From the IMG/VR virus record IMGVR_UViG_2880152234_000004, positions 64,001 to 128,000 of that record: 64,000 nt of DNA. One strand, 5' to 3'. Position numbers and translations under genes: made by a program. This DNA comes from a virus (Duplodnaviria > Caudoviricetes). Below, piece after piece: positions 52,710 through 63,340 of the stretch (the stretch's first letter is position 1; each line of letters starts with the position of its first letter). The notes below the pieces were generated by a model that searched no databases, was not told the DNA's origin, and worked only from the letters and a program-made list of their open reading frames with translations.

Positions 52710-52828
52710 AAAAACTTGTGCTTTGCGTATCTATTTTAGCTGTAATTTTAAGTGGGGTAGCTTTAACGCAATTGAGTACAGATTCACCATCTAACATCCA
52801 GGTAGCCGAAAGGCCTGTCGGAGGTTAA
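52706..52828 (+). CDS. phrK: PhrK signalling pre-peptide (ERPVG)
   Basis: Hand-translated MKKLVLCVSILAVILSGVALTQLSTDSPSNIQVAERPVGG; ATGA overlap with rapK. Confidence 0.92.
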   Translation: MKKLVLCVSILAVILSGVALTQLSTDSPSNIQVAERPVGG

Positions 52829-52846
52829 AAAAAAGGTTGATTAATT

Positions 52847-52878
52847 AGCCCTACTCAAACATTTGAGTGGGCTTTTAT
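52847..52878. terminator. Terminator between convergent phrK and uvrX
   Basis: AGCCCTACTCAAA-CA-TTTGAGTGGGCT hairpin plus T-run. Confidence 0.7.
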
Positions 52879-52879
52879 G

Positions 52880-54130
52880 TTATGATTTATGTCCACCAGT
52901 AAGGTCGGCTCTGTGAAGCGCAGTACCAGCAGATGTATAAGAAACTGCTCTCAGAATCGCTCTCGATCCATATTTACTTCTAATCCCGTCCATTACAAAT
53001 CCAAGCTTTCTTCTCTTTTCATTATCCACTTCAAATAAACTCAGCTGCTGATTAACATCTTCTTCAATATTTGATAACGTAACTGAGATACTTCTCACTG
53101 TTTTACCCGAGTAAAACTTATGAAAGAGCATTAAGCAGCATCTATAAATATCCATTGTGATATTTGTGGGAAGATCAATTGTTTTTGCTCGATGAAATCC
53201 ACCACCAAGCTCATCTTTACTGTAGCCAATTCCCAGGCTGATTGTTCGACCAACTTTATTATGTGTACGTGCCCTTCTTGCAACTTCCTCACAAATCTCC
53301 AGAAGAACAGCCTTAATCTCTTCTCTCTTTGTATAATCCCTCAGCAAAATCTGACTCTTACCAAAACTAATCTGCCCCTGCATCAATGGAGCTCCAATTT
53401 CTGATAAATCGATTCCATGAGCATGATAATACAACTGGTTTCCCATTATTCCGAACTTCTTTTCAAGCAGCTCTAAAGGAAATTTAGCTAACTGACCTAC
53501 AGTTGATATTCCCATCCGATTAAGATTTCTTTCCATTCTCCCTCCTATCCCCCACATTTTAGACAAAGGGTAAACCTTCCAGAGTTTATTTGGCACATCT
53601 TCATATCTCCAACGTGCAATACCTCTCTTTGTTTTCTTACTCTCCAGGTCAAGTGCAAGCTTACTGAGCAACATATTGTCTCCAATGCCTACTGTGCACA
53701 TCAAACCAAACTCTCTCCACATGCTGCTTTGAATTGCCTTGGCCATTTCTTCAGGATCTTCTTTTCCTGCATCTAAAAAAGATTCATCAATTGAATAGGT
53801 ATGTACACATTTTTCAGGAACAAACCTGTAAAACAGCTTTGTAATCTCAGTCGAAACTCTGATGAAAAGCTTCATTTGCGGATTTACAATGTGTATTCTT
53901 GGATCTTCAGGTATCTCAAAAAGTCTCGATCCTGTTTTGATTCCAAAATCTTTTTTAAGTGCAGGAGATGCAGCTAACACTACACTTCCCTGTCTCTCCG
54001 TATTTCCTACAACAGCAAGATAGCATGTTAAAGGATTAAGCCCCATTGTTACAGCCGATACCGAAGCATAAAAGGATTTCATGTCGACACAAGTTATATT
54101 CTTTCGTGGAAATTGTGAGTAATCAATCAT
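52880..54130 (-). CDS. uvrX: Y-family (UmuC/DinB-like) DNA polymerase UvrX
   Basis: VDMKSFYASV, YSIDESFLD, WGIG motifs. Confidence 0.93.
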   Translation of the reverse strand: MIDYSQFPRKNITCVDMKSFYASVSAVTMGLNPLTCYLAVVGNTERQGSVVLAASPALKKDFGIKTGSRLFEIPEDPRIHIVNPQMKLFIRVSTEITKLFYRFVPEKCVHTYSIDESFLDAGKEDPEEMAKAIQSSMWREFGLMCTVGIGDNMLLSKLALDLESKKTKRGIARWRYEDVPNKLWKVYPLSKMWGIGGRMERNLNRMGISTVGQLAKFPLELLEKKFGIMGNQLYYHAHGIDLSEIGAPLMQGQISFGKSQILLRDYTKREEIKAVLLEICEEVARRARTHNKVGRTISLGIGYSKDELGGGFHRAKTIDLPTNITMDIYRCCLMLFHKFYSGKTVRSISVTLSNIEEDVNQQLSLFEVDNEKRRKLGFVMDGIRSKYGSRAILRAVSYTSAGTALHRADLTGGHKS

Positions 54131-54455
54131 TGTATGTAACTCCTATGATGTTATTCATGTTGACATAAACTGTATTGTCGTTCTGGTCTTTTACGTGAAG
54201 CTTTTGTTGTTCAAAATTAATGTAATGTACTCTGCCGGTAACATTTTCAACGAATCCATTGTTAAAGAGTTTGAATTTCAACTCTTTATTAAATTCCAAT
54301 GCCTCAGAGACGAGAAGATCCATCTCTTCAATTTGTTGGTCATCTAAGGATGGCTTTTCAATTTTTGATACATCAATCAAATCTTGTTTAAGCTGTGTTA
54401 AATGTTCTGGAAGCATCATTGATGTCCATTTGATTGTTCCTCGGTCTCTAAGCAT
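54123..54455 (-). CDS. yolD: YolD-family protein
   Basis: DRGTIKWTSMMLPEH signature. Confidence 0.92.
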   Translation of the reverse strand: MLRDRGTIKWTSMMLPEHLTQLKQDLIDVSKIEKPSLDDQQIEEMDLLVSEALEFNKELKFKLFNNGFVENVTGRVHYINFEQQKLHVKDQNDNTVYVNMNNIIGVTYND

Positions 54456-54488
54456 ATCGACTCACTCCTTTATTAATCTAATATTAAC

Positions 54489-54532
54489 AGAACAAACGTT
54501 CTTTATTCAAGAGAAACCAGAACAAAGGTTCG
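54489..54532. promoter_or_regulatory. Two LexA (Cheo) boxes upstream of yolD-uvrX
   Basis: AGAAC-AAAC-GTTCT (54489-54502) and AGAAC-AAAG-GTTCG (54519-54532). Confidence 0.8.
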
Positions 54533-54627
54533 GTGTAAATGTTGGAAATAAAATTAAAGGTCAATAATGATATACGTAGTATTAATAAAGGAGGGATTCT
54601 TTTCCACAAAGGAGAGTGTATTGGTGA

Positions 54628-54963
54628 ATGAAGAAGAGGCTAATCGGATTTTTGATCTTAGTTCCTGCTTTGATTATGTCGGGTATTACTTTAATCGAAT
54701 CAAACAAAAAAGCACCTGAAGAAGTTTTAGAAAGTGCTTGGGATGAATTTGGTTTATTTAGTTTTCAAATTGGAATAACAGATCCGGCAATTACAATTGG
54801 CATGGATCAAACCAAAAGTGAGGCAAAGCTCCGTGAATATTTAGAACATAATCTGTCAAGAGAAGCAAAACAAAAATATAAGATTTATGTATTCAAAGAT
54901 GATATTGATAAATTGGAGAAAGAACATCGAGAGTATTTGCAAGCAAATAACCCCAATAAGTAA
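54628..54963 (+). CDS. yolC: YolC exported/membrane-anchored protein
   Basis: N-terminal hydrophobic segment; synteny. Confidence 0.75.
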   Translation: MKKRLIGFLILVPALIMSGITLIESNKKAPEEVLESAWDEFGLFSFQIGITDPAITIGMDQTKSEAKLREYLEHNLSREAKQKYKIYVFKDDIDKLEKEHREYLQANNPNK

Positions 54964-54965
54964 AA

Positions 54966-54992
54966 CGCCCAGCACTTTATTAAGCTGGGCAT
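54966..54992. terminator. Terminator between convergent yolC and yolB
   Basis: GCCCAGC..GCTGGGC hairpin. Confidence 0.6.
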
Positions 54993-55004
54993 TGTTTTCA
55001 TTAT

Positions 55005-55370
55005 TTAAATTGAATTTTTATAAGCATTAATTGCTTCGTTTCGCAGCAGCATATTATTTTTGTTAACCATACCTAAGTTATAAGTTTTTTTGATAATATC
55101 TAATACCTGTGAATCTAATGCAGAGAGATTGCCTCCCGGATTAAATCTTGATTTCCAATAATCTAAAGACTTATTTAGGTCAAATGAGCTTTTTTTGTTC
55201 TCAGGTTTAACTACCTCATTTTTCTCAAGTTTTTCACAGAATTTACTAAAACCAATTGATGAAGGAGTTGGGTTATTCCCTCCGTATCCTTCTGTAGCCA
55301 AACTGCAAAATGCTAAGAACTTTGGATCTTTAGTTACATCATAATTAGAAGTGCTAATCACCTGGTTCAC
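55005..55370 (-). CDS. yolB: YolB hypothetical protein
   Basis: Synteny; overlaps yolA stop. Confidence 0.7.
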   Translation of the reverse strand: MNQVISTSNYDVTKDPKFLAFCSLATEGYGGNNPTPSSIGFSKFCEKLEKNEVVKPENKKSSFDLNKSLDYWKSRFNPGGNLSALDSQVLDIIKKTYNLGMVNKNNMLLRNEAINAYKNSI

Positions 55371-55834
55371 TCTCTTTCAAAATCAATTTTTCGGCTGTAA
55401 ACAAAAGTAGTGCCTGAGCTTAATGCTTTAATCTGTATAGAGTTATCTTGAAGTGCGTCCATTGGAATCTCAAAATATTTATCCCAGCCTATAACTACCT
55501 TATTCTGACCAAGAATGGCATCGGATTTATACATCCTAGCTGTACCATCATATAACAGATTTTTTCCATCTTTACCCGTGATAACTGTTAACTTTGTATA
55601 CCCCATAAAACGAGCCTTAACGTGAAGTTTATCACCTTTTAAAACACTTGGAGCTTTGGTTTGACTAAAAGTGATGTTATCCCAAGCAAAATCGTTCCCG
55701 TCTGATGTAATCCCTGTAATTTGCAGATAATAAAGTGGTGTTGCTTCTGCTGCTTTGGCTTTTGTTGGATCAGTGTAAGCAAAAGCTACTACTGCTAGAA
55801 AAGCAAGCAGCACATACGTAATTCTTTTCTTCAT
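55367..55834 (-). CDS. yolA: YolA secreted protein
   Basis: Signal peptide [22 protein letters not shown]; synteny. Confidence 0.8.
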   Translation of the reverse strand: MKKRITYVLLAFLAVVAFAYTDPTKAKAAEATPLYYLQITGITSDGNDFAWDNITFSQTKAPSVLKGDKLHVKARFMGYTKLTVITGKDGKNLLYDGTARMYKSDAILGQNKVVIGWDKYFEIPMDALQDNSIQIKALSSGTTFVYSRKIDFERE

Positions 55835-56064
55835 TTCCTAAATCCTCCTTGGTACAAGTTTACATGTTAAATATCGTCATTTGAAAGGAATTGTTTAATA
55901 TTTGAAATAAAAAAGAACCTGCATTTTGCAAGTTCATTCATATTGTCAATTTATTGTGAGTTTTTAACGACAAGGACATTTATGTATAGTATAATATTTC
56001 CTGTACATTAAGATTGCTCACTCAAGGGAGTCTTGCTCATCCCCTAATGAAAGGGGGTGATGCT

Positions 56065-56148
56065 ATGTCAACATTCCAGGCATTAATGTTAATGCTTGCA
56101 TTCGGGTCGTTTATAATCGCCCTGTTGACGTATATAAATAAAAAATAG
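56065..56148 (+). CDS. Type I toxin, BsrE/BsrH family (27 aa)
   Basis: Hand-translated MSTFQALMLMLAFGSFIIALLTYINKK; RBS AAAGGGGGTG with upstream complementary CATCCCC. Confidence 0.88.
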   Translation: MSTFQALMLMLAFGSFIIALLTYINKK

Positions 56149-56270
56149 ACCTCCCTTGAGCCTCAGAACCTAAAGGGATAGGTCTACCAAGAAACCACAT
56201 CGAGCAAGCCCTTTGATGGGCAACTTTTTGTACAGAGCCGGGGTGTTGGTAGCACCCTGGTCTTTTTATT
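56138..56270 (-). ncRNA. Convergent antisense antitoxin RNA (SR4/SR5/as-BsrH type; ends approximate)
   Basis: Minus-strand terminator TAGACC..CCCTT..AAGGGAGGTCTA-TTTTT over the toxin stop; toxin terminator GCCGGGGTG..CACCCTGGTC-TTTTT at 56237-56268. Confidence 0.7.
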
Positions 56271-56378
56271 TTATGCATTTCTTATTAAACAAATGCATTT
56301 TTTATACTTTAAAAAGTATAATCCTCATCCTAATTATAACCATATAAAAATGGTATTTGCAATACTATTGCTTTATGG

Positions 56379-56396
56379 TTAAAACCATTATTTTAT
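56379..56396 (+). repeat. Junction motif WTAAAA-N6-TTTTAT
   Basis: TTAAAA-CCATTA-TTTTAT. Confidence 0.7.
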
Positions 56397-56430
56397 TGGA
56401 ACCCAGTACTTTATCGATGCACAAGTGATA

Positions 56431-56939
56431 TTATCCATGATTCAGTTCAAATTCTTCTCTTGTCATCCCAAAGCAAATACCATCATAATAGGCACCTTTA
56501 GTGAAAATGATCTTTCTTAGTTGTCCCTCTTTCATGAAACCTAATTTTTCATGTAATCGTATGGATGGATTATTAAAAGAATAAACAGTTGTATTTACTT
56601 TTTGATAAGCAAGTTCCAAAAAGAAAAAGCGAAGAACCATCAAGATCATTTCTTTGGCAAATCCTTTGCCCCTATATGGCTCGAATACAGCCAAATAATA
56701 ACCGAAGGTACCATTTTTCCTATCACAGTCAAAGGTTTCAATCATACCTACTATATACGGAATTCATCTTTTTCTAATTGTTCTTCTACCCATTCTCTCA
56801 TGTTATTAGCTGAACGAGGAAAATGTAGCGAGTCCATATTTCGCAGAATTTCATCATCTAACGAATCAAATATAACGATATCTTCAGGTTGAATTGCTCG
56901 CAGTGTAAGATTCTCCCCTGTCCAATAAGTAACTGCCAT
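56431..56939 (-). pseudogene. yokL: YokL GNAT acetyltransferase, split by frameshift
   Basis: N-half (to ..KDEFR) and C-half (IVGMIETF..YRGKGFA..SIRLHEKLGF) are in different frames. Confidence 0.8.
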
Positions 56940-56974
56940 TTTAACTTTTCCTCCAGTTATCTCCATACGTTTTC

Positions 56975-57553
56975 TTAACTGCTTAGTAAGTCATCATCTA
57001 ATTCAATATACAGAATTCCATCATCTTCTTTATCAGCTTCAATTGGTTCATCAACTAAACTGAAGACAAACTCCTCAAACGAATTGGCAATTAAGAAAAA
57101 GTCTTTGTCGGGATGACTTAATTCATGATCCCAAAACAATATCTTTCCATTATCGATATCCATGCATATTTCATTCCCGCCTGCAGAGCTTGCTATAGGA
57201 ATAATATTTCTAGGAAAGCGATCAGAATATGTATCTATTGCTTTCTGAAGACTGTTATGATCGTTCGCTAAACCATAAAAACCTTCTAACAATTGTGTAT
57301 CATCGCCCTTGCCCATCCAAGGATCTTTCTCTAAAGGTTTATAGCAAACGTCATACTCAATTTCATCTGTTGTTTTTGTACTTTCTAGATAACAGCCGCC
57401 ATATTCCTTCAAAAAATCCTTATAATCAGAAGGTAATTGTTTTCCTATGTTCATTTCAATTTCTTTGAGTTGTTCATTTTTATTGATTCTGGGATCTGTT
57501 TTTGCATCAATTGAAAACTCTTTCAACATTTGTTTGATATTATTGAAGCTCAT
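56975..57553 (-). CDS. yokK: SMI1/KNR4 (SUKH) immunity protein
   Basis: LPSDYKDFLKEYGG..IPIASSAGGNEIC..FWDHE..IANSFEEF. Confidence 0.85.
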   Translation of the reverse strand: MSFNNIKQMLKEFSIDAKTDPRINKNEQLKEIEMNIGKQLPSDYKDFLKEYGGCYLESTKTTDEIEYDVCYKPLEKDPWMGKGDDTQLLEGFYGLANDHNSLQKAIDTYSDRFPRNIIPIASSAGGNEICMDIDNGKILFWDHELSHPDKDFFLIANSFEEFVFSLVDEPIEADKEDDGILYIELDDDLLSS

Positions 57554-57607
57554 ATTAATCCCCTCCGCATTGCACACTTTAGCAATGAACAATTGCAATA
57601 CTTTTGT

Positions 57608-58066
57608 TTAATTGTCTAAACTAACTTTCAATGCATCAGCTAGCATGGCGTTAAAATCATTAAATTTGTTCATCAGCGTTCCAGAGGGTTTATCAAGCTC
57701 TAAGTATTCATTCTCAATTACATCTAAACAATACCAAGCTGTATCTGAGTCACCAAAAAACAGATATTTTTTCTGCTCATCATTTTCGTGCCACTGTTCA
57801 TTTGTTTCAATAAAACCATAAACTTCTTCATCATTTTCTTCTCTCAGTAATTCTTGATCCAATCCATAGATTACCAAGCCATTAAAATCTAATCCGTTTA
57901 CAGTTTGAAGGAATTTTTTATATTCTAAAGGAATCTCATTTACAGGGAACTTACCTAATACTGCTTCTTCAAAGTTCCTTATTTCTTGGTCTGTAACAGG
58001 AGAATTTAATTCATCTCCATACTTTGCTTCAGTTTTTCGAATTTCCTCTAATAAATTTACCCACAT
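57608..58066 (-). CDS. SUKH/YrhA-type immunity protein, probable cognate antitoxin of the LXG toxin
   Basis: EYKKFLQTVNGLDFNGLVIYG..FFGDSD; directly downstream of the toxin. Confidence 0.75.
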   Translation of the reverse strand: MWVNLLEEIRKTEAKYGDELNSPVTDQEIRNFEEAVLGKFPVNEIPLEYKKFLQTVNGLDFNGLVIYGLDQELLREENDEEVYGFIETNEQWHENDEQKKYLFFGDSDTAWYCLDVIENEYLELDKPSGTLMNKFNDFNAMLADALKVSLDN

Positions 58067-58078
58067 AATACTGCCCCC

Positions 58079-59983
<1,905 letters not shown>

Positions 59984-60064
59984 CTACTCTATGTAAATTT
60001 TACCACAATAATCTATTTGAATAACAGAAAAAGACAGCCGAAAATGACCGCCTTAAACATCGTG

Positions 60065-60606
60065 CTACCTTGTTCTATAATAATTTTCTGCGGTATAGTA
60101 GCGCCATTCCCAAAAAGTTGCCCCATTGGATTCTATATACCGATCTAGAAATATCTCAAAGTTTAAATTTAATGGTGTATACTCTCCTAATTGTAATATA
60201 AAAAGATAGTTGGGATCACCCTTATCCAATTTATCTTTGTCGATCATCAAATGACAACCTTCTAATAAATGACCAATTGGGATGCCATTGATACCTTCAA
60301 ATAAATCCTCATATTTTAGTTCCTTTTCAATCTCTTCAAGGCTAAATAAATAAAGTCCCCCACCTATATTCTCCCCATCAAAAAGAATCTGAAAAATTTT
60401 CGCACCATTATGTAGTGTCATGAACTTCTGATAATCCTTTGGAAGGCTAAGTTGGTGTTTAGCATCAAAGCTTTGGAGGTCATTCAGGGTTGCTTTGTCC
60501 TCTGAAAATGTAACAAGGAACTCCATGATATATCCTTCAGAACAAAATAATTTAATGGCCTCTTTTTCATCTAACCGTTGACTGTCTTATGAACAAAGTT
60601 AGTCAA
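60065..60606 (-). pseudogene. yokH: YokH-like SMI1/KNR4 protein with 5' frameshift (in-frame part 60065-60526)
   Basis: [18 protein letters not shown] motif; RBS plus TTG at 60606 reads [11 protein letters not shown]-stop, body in another frame. Confidence 0.65.
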
Positions 60607-60672
60607 ATAAATCACCCCATATATAAATGCTATTTATAATCACGGATACATGGCAAATGAAACTTTAATAAT

Positions 60673-60885
60673 TTAAACATTAACAATTTTATTCATAATT
60701 GAAGCAGCATTAGTAGTGAACAAAATATATGTACATTTAGTTGTTTTAATCACTACCCTGTCGGTAGAGATAAAAGGAAATCCAATCCTTACTGCGCTTT
60801 TCTCTTCTCCCCAATAGTTTGGATCAAGCAATACCTCGTTAATTAATTTCTCTGATTGGAATTTCACTTTTGAATAAATTCGCAA
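60673..60885 (-). pseudogene. Degenerate SunI/YnzG-family gene
   Basis: [37 protein letters not shown] resembles YnzG/SunI-like domain; 5' part broken, no RBS. Confidence 0.5.
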
Positions 60886-60961
60886 ATTCAGGGTGGTGTT
60901 TAATCTTTATGACAACTTTCCACTGATAAATTTTTAAAAATCATCACCAAGAATGTCCTTA

Positions 60962-62047
60962 TCATTGATTTTCAAGCTTAGCCCTAGCGATCTTCATATA
61001 TTCACTGATAAATGGCGATTCCATTCTTTGTAACCCTCCCATGTGTTGGGGAAGAACTAAACTTTTTGCAAATCTAGAGTCTGTTAACCACGGTAGAGCT
61101 ATTTTTTTGGTAACTCTATTATTTGAGAAATTTATAATTTCGTGGTTATCATCTACTGAATTGAAAAATTTCACTTCTCTTTCTAGTTCATTAATTTTAG
61201 ACGTATTCTTATTTTTATTATAAATTTTTCTAATATAATCCTCTTTTATTCTCTGATTAAAGAACGTGTTATCATAAGAGTTTAAATAAAACAATTCATT
61301 TAAATAATCTATTTCTCGGGCTCTTTTTAATGTCAGAACACCATTTTCTGCCTCTGGAATATCATATGCTTCACTATCGTAAAAGAGTAAACAATGCTGA
61401 GAAGATATTGGAAGGAATAACTGTAGCCCTCTAGTAACAAGGCCAAAACCCCTTCCATGATAATTCCTTCCAATATAAAATGAATTGTAACGAACTAATG
61501 GATTGTCTGATGTTATGAACTTTCTTGATGTTTTCTGTAATATCAAGATAGGTTCCAAATCATAAATTAGCGGGGTACTTTCTAAAGCAATACCTATAAT
61601 ATTATTAGCAGGTTGATTTATCTTGATTTCAAATTGGTCTAAATCTACTTCTTTAAAATCAGGATGTCCCTTAATCATTGTTTTGATCAGTTTATCAGCT
61701 GCATTTTCTGCTGAGTCAGCACTCCGTAAATTTCTTCCCTCACTAACTAATAAAAAAGTAAGTAGATGCTCATAATCTTCTATTTCATTAACAAAGTCTA
61801 GGATACTGTTTGTGTCTATAATTTTCTTTATAATTCTCGCGGCTTTTCTTTCAATCTCTTTATCTAAAAAATCCTCAACTACTTTGTCGTCACCGTAGAA
61901 ATTGTTTCTTTGACACATATCTTTAATCGAAGCATTTTGGATGTATAATGAATTCATGATATTAAATGTGCTAATTGATTTGTCAGTTTCAGAAAAATTT
62001 CTCAAATAAAATTTCGGAACATAGTGCTGTCTACTTTTTTGTCCCAT
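60962..62047 (-). CDS. DUF4238 protein; candidate anti-phage protein
   Basis: RQHYVPKFYLRNFS, FITSDNP, LFLPISS; RBS GGGAGGAG before ATG 62047. Confidence 0.8.
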   Translation of the reverse strand: MGQKSRQHYVPKFYLRNFSETDKSISTFNIMNSLYIQNASIKDMCQRNNFYGDDKVVEDFLDKEIERKAARIIKKIIDTNSILDFVNEIEDYEHLLTFLLVSEGRNLRSADSAENAADKLIKTMIKGHPDFKEVDLDQFEIKINQPANNIIGIALESTPLIYDLEPILILQKTSRKFITSDNPLVRYNSFYIGRNYHGRGFGLVTRGLQLFLPISSQHCLLFYDSEAYDIPEAENGVLTLKRAREIDYLNELFYLNSYDNTFFNQRIKEDYIRKIYNKNKNTSKINELEREVKFFNSVDDNHEIINFSNNRVTKKIALPWLTDSRFAKSLVLPQHMGGLQRMESPFISEYMKIARAKLENQ

Positions 62048-62365
62048 ACTTGCTCCTCCCATATCCCTTTACTGGACAATTTTACTCCACCTATTATTTG
62101 AATTTTAATAACTTCTTTCATTGACTCTAATATGTGAAGGTACAAACACTTAATTAAGTTCCATTTGATTTTTCAACTGTAATCTCTAGCATAAGACCAT
62201 TCCCTTCTGATAACGAACCTAGTAAAATTTTAACATGCGCCAACAAAACCTAAACAGAGATGTGATTATATTAAGGAAAAATTAAATTCACAATAATTGG
62301 ATACAGGATTATAATTATTGATGGTTTACCGATATAAATAGAGAACAAACATTCTAAAAGGGGAA

Positions 62366-63262
62366 ATGAAATTGAAGAAAGTATTATTAGGTTTTGCAGC
62401 ATTCACTTTGAGCTTATCGTTGGCAGCCTGCAGCTCAAATGATTCTGAAAAAGTAAGCACAGAAAAAGAAACACCACAAGCGTCTTCGGATGTAGAAAAG
62501 AAAACAGAACAAAAGGAATCTACTAAAGAAAAAACTACTCACAAGCCTAAGGAAAAAGACAAAAAGGAATTAGTCGATGTGACATTAGATAGAGCAGTTG
62601 ATGGAGATACGATTAAGGTTAATTACAACGGAAATGTAGACACAGTGCGCTACTTGCTCATAGACACACCTGAGACGAAGAAACCAAATTCATGTGTTCA
62701 ACCGTATGGCGAAGATGCTTCTAAGCGAAATAAAGAATTGGTCAGCAATGGTAAACTGCAGCTTGAATTTGATAAAGGTGACGGGAGAGATAAGTATGGA
62801 AGACTATTAGCTTACGTTTATGTCGATGGCAAGTCTGTTCAGGAAACATTATTGAAAGAAGGATTAGCCAGAGTAGCCTATGTATATGAGCCAAATACGA
62901 AATACATAGACCAATTTAAGAAAGACGAGCAAGAAGCAAAAACAGAGAAGCTTTCTATTTGGAGTAAGAATGGATATGTGACTGACCGAGGGTTTAATGG
63001 CTGTGTGAAAGAAAAAACCACTGCAGTTAAAAAAGCAACAACATCTAAATCGGCAGCAACACAGCCTACAACTCCAAAAACATCAAGTGAAACTTCGACT
63101 ACAACTGAAAACGAAGCTTCTTCAGAGTCAACTGGAGAAACAGAAACATTTAAAAATTGTACTGAGTTAAGAAAGAAATATCCGAATGGAGTACCTAGCT
63201 CGCACCCTGCTTACCAATCGAAAATGGATAGGGATCATGACAACTATGCTTGTGAACGTTAA
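62366..63262 (+). CDS. yokF: YokF thermonuclease-family lipoprotein with Excalibur Ca-binding domain
   Basis: Lipobox LAAC; VDGDT, IDTPE, DKYGRLLAYV; DRDHDNYACE. Confidence 0.92.
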   Translation: MKLKKVLLGFAAFTLSLSLAACSSNDSEKVSTEKETPQASSDVEKKTEQKESTKEKTTHKPKEKDKKELVDVTLDRAVDGDTIKVNYNGNVDTVRYLLIDTPETKKPNSCVQPYGEDASKRNKELVSNGKLQLEFDKGDGRDKYGRLLAYVYVDGKSVQETLLKEGLARVAYVYEPNTKYIDQFKKDEQEAKTEKLSIWSKNGYVTDRGFNGCVKEKTTAVKKATTSKSAATQPTTPKTSSETSTTTENEASSESTGETETFKNCTELRKKYPNGVPSSHPAYQSKMDRDHDNYACER

Positions 63263-63340
63263 TTGAAAGCCCTTTGTGGCTTTCTTTTTTTAATATGTAA
63301 TATAAAAAACCCCTCCTCTAAATAAAGGAGAGGAATAGAT

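Noticed and set aside
51594-52828. Arbitrium aimR-aimP system
   Set aside because: Protein has the Rap N-terminal bundle and the peptide is PhrK-type (ERPVG); no aimX-like arrangement.
62341-62356. LexA-like box GAAC-AAAC-ATTC before yokF
   Set aside because: One core mismatch in AT-rich DNA; plausible but not supportable from sequence alone.
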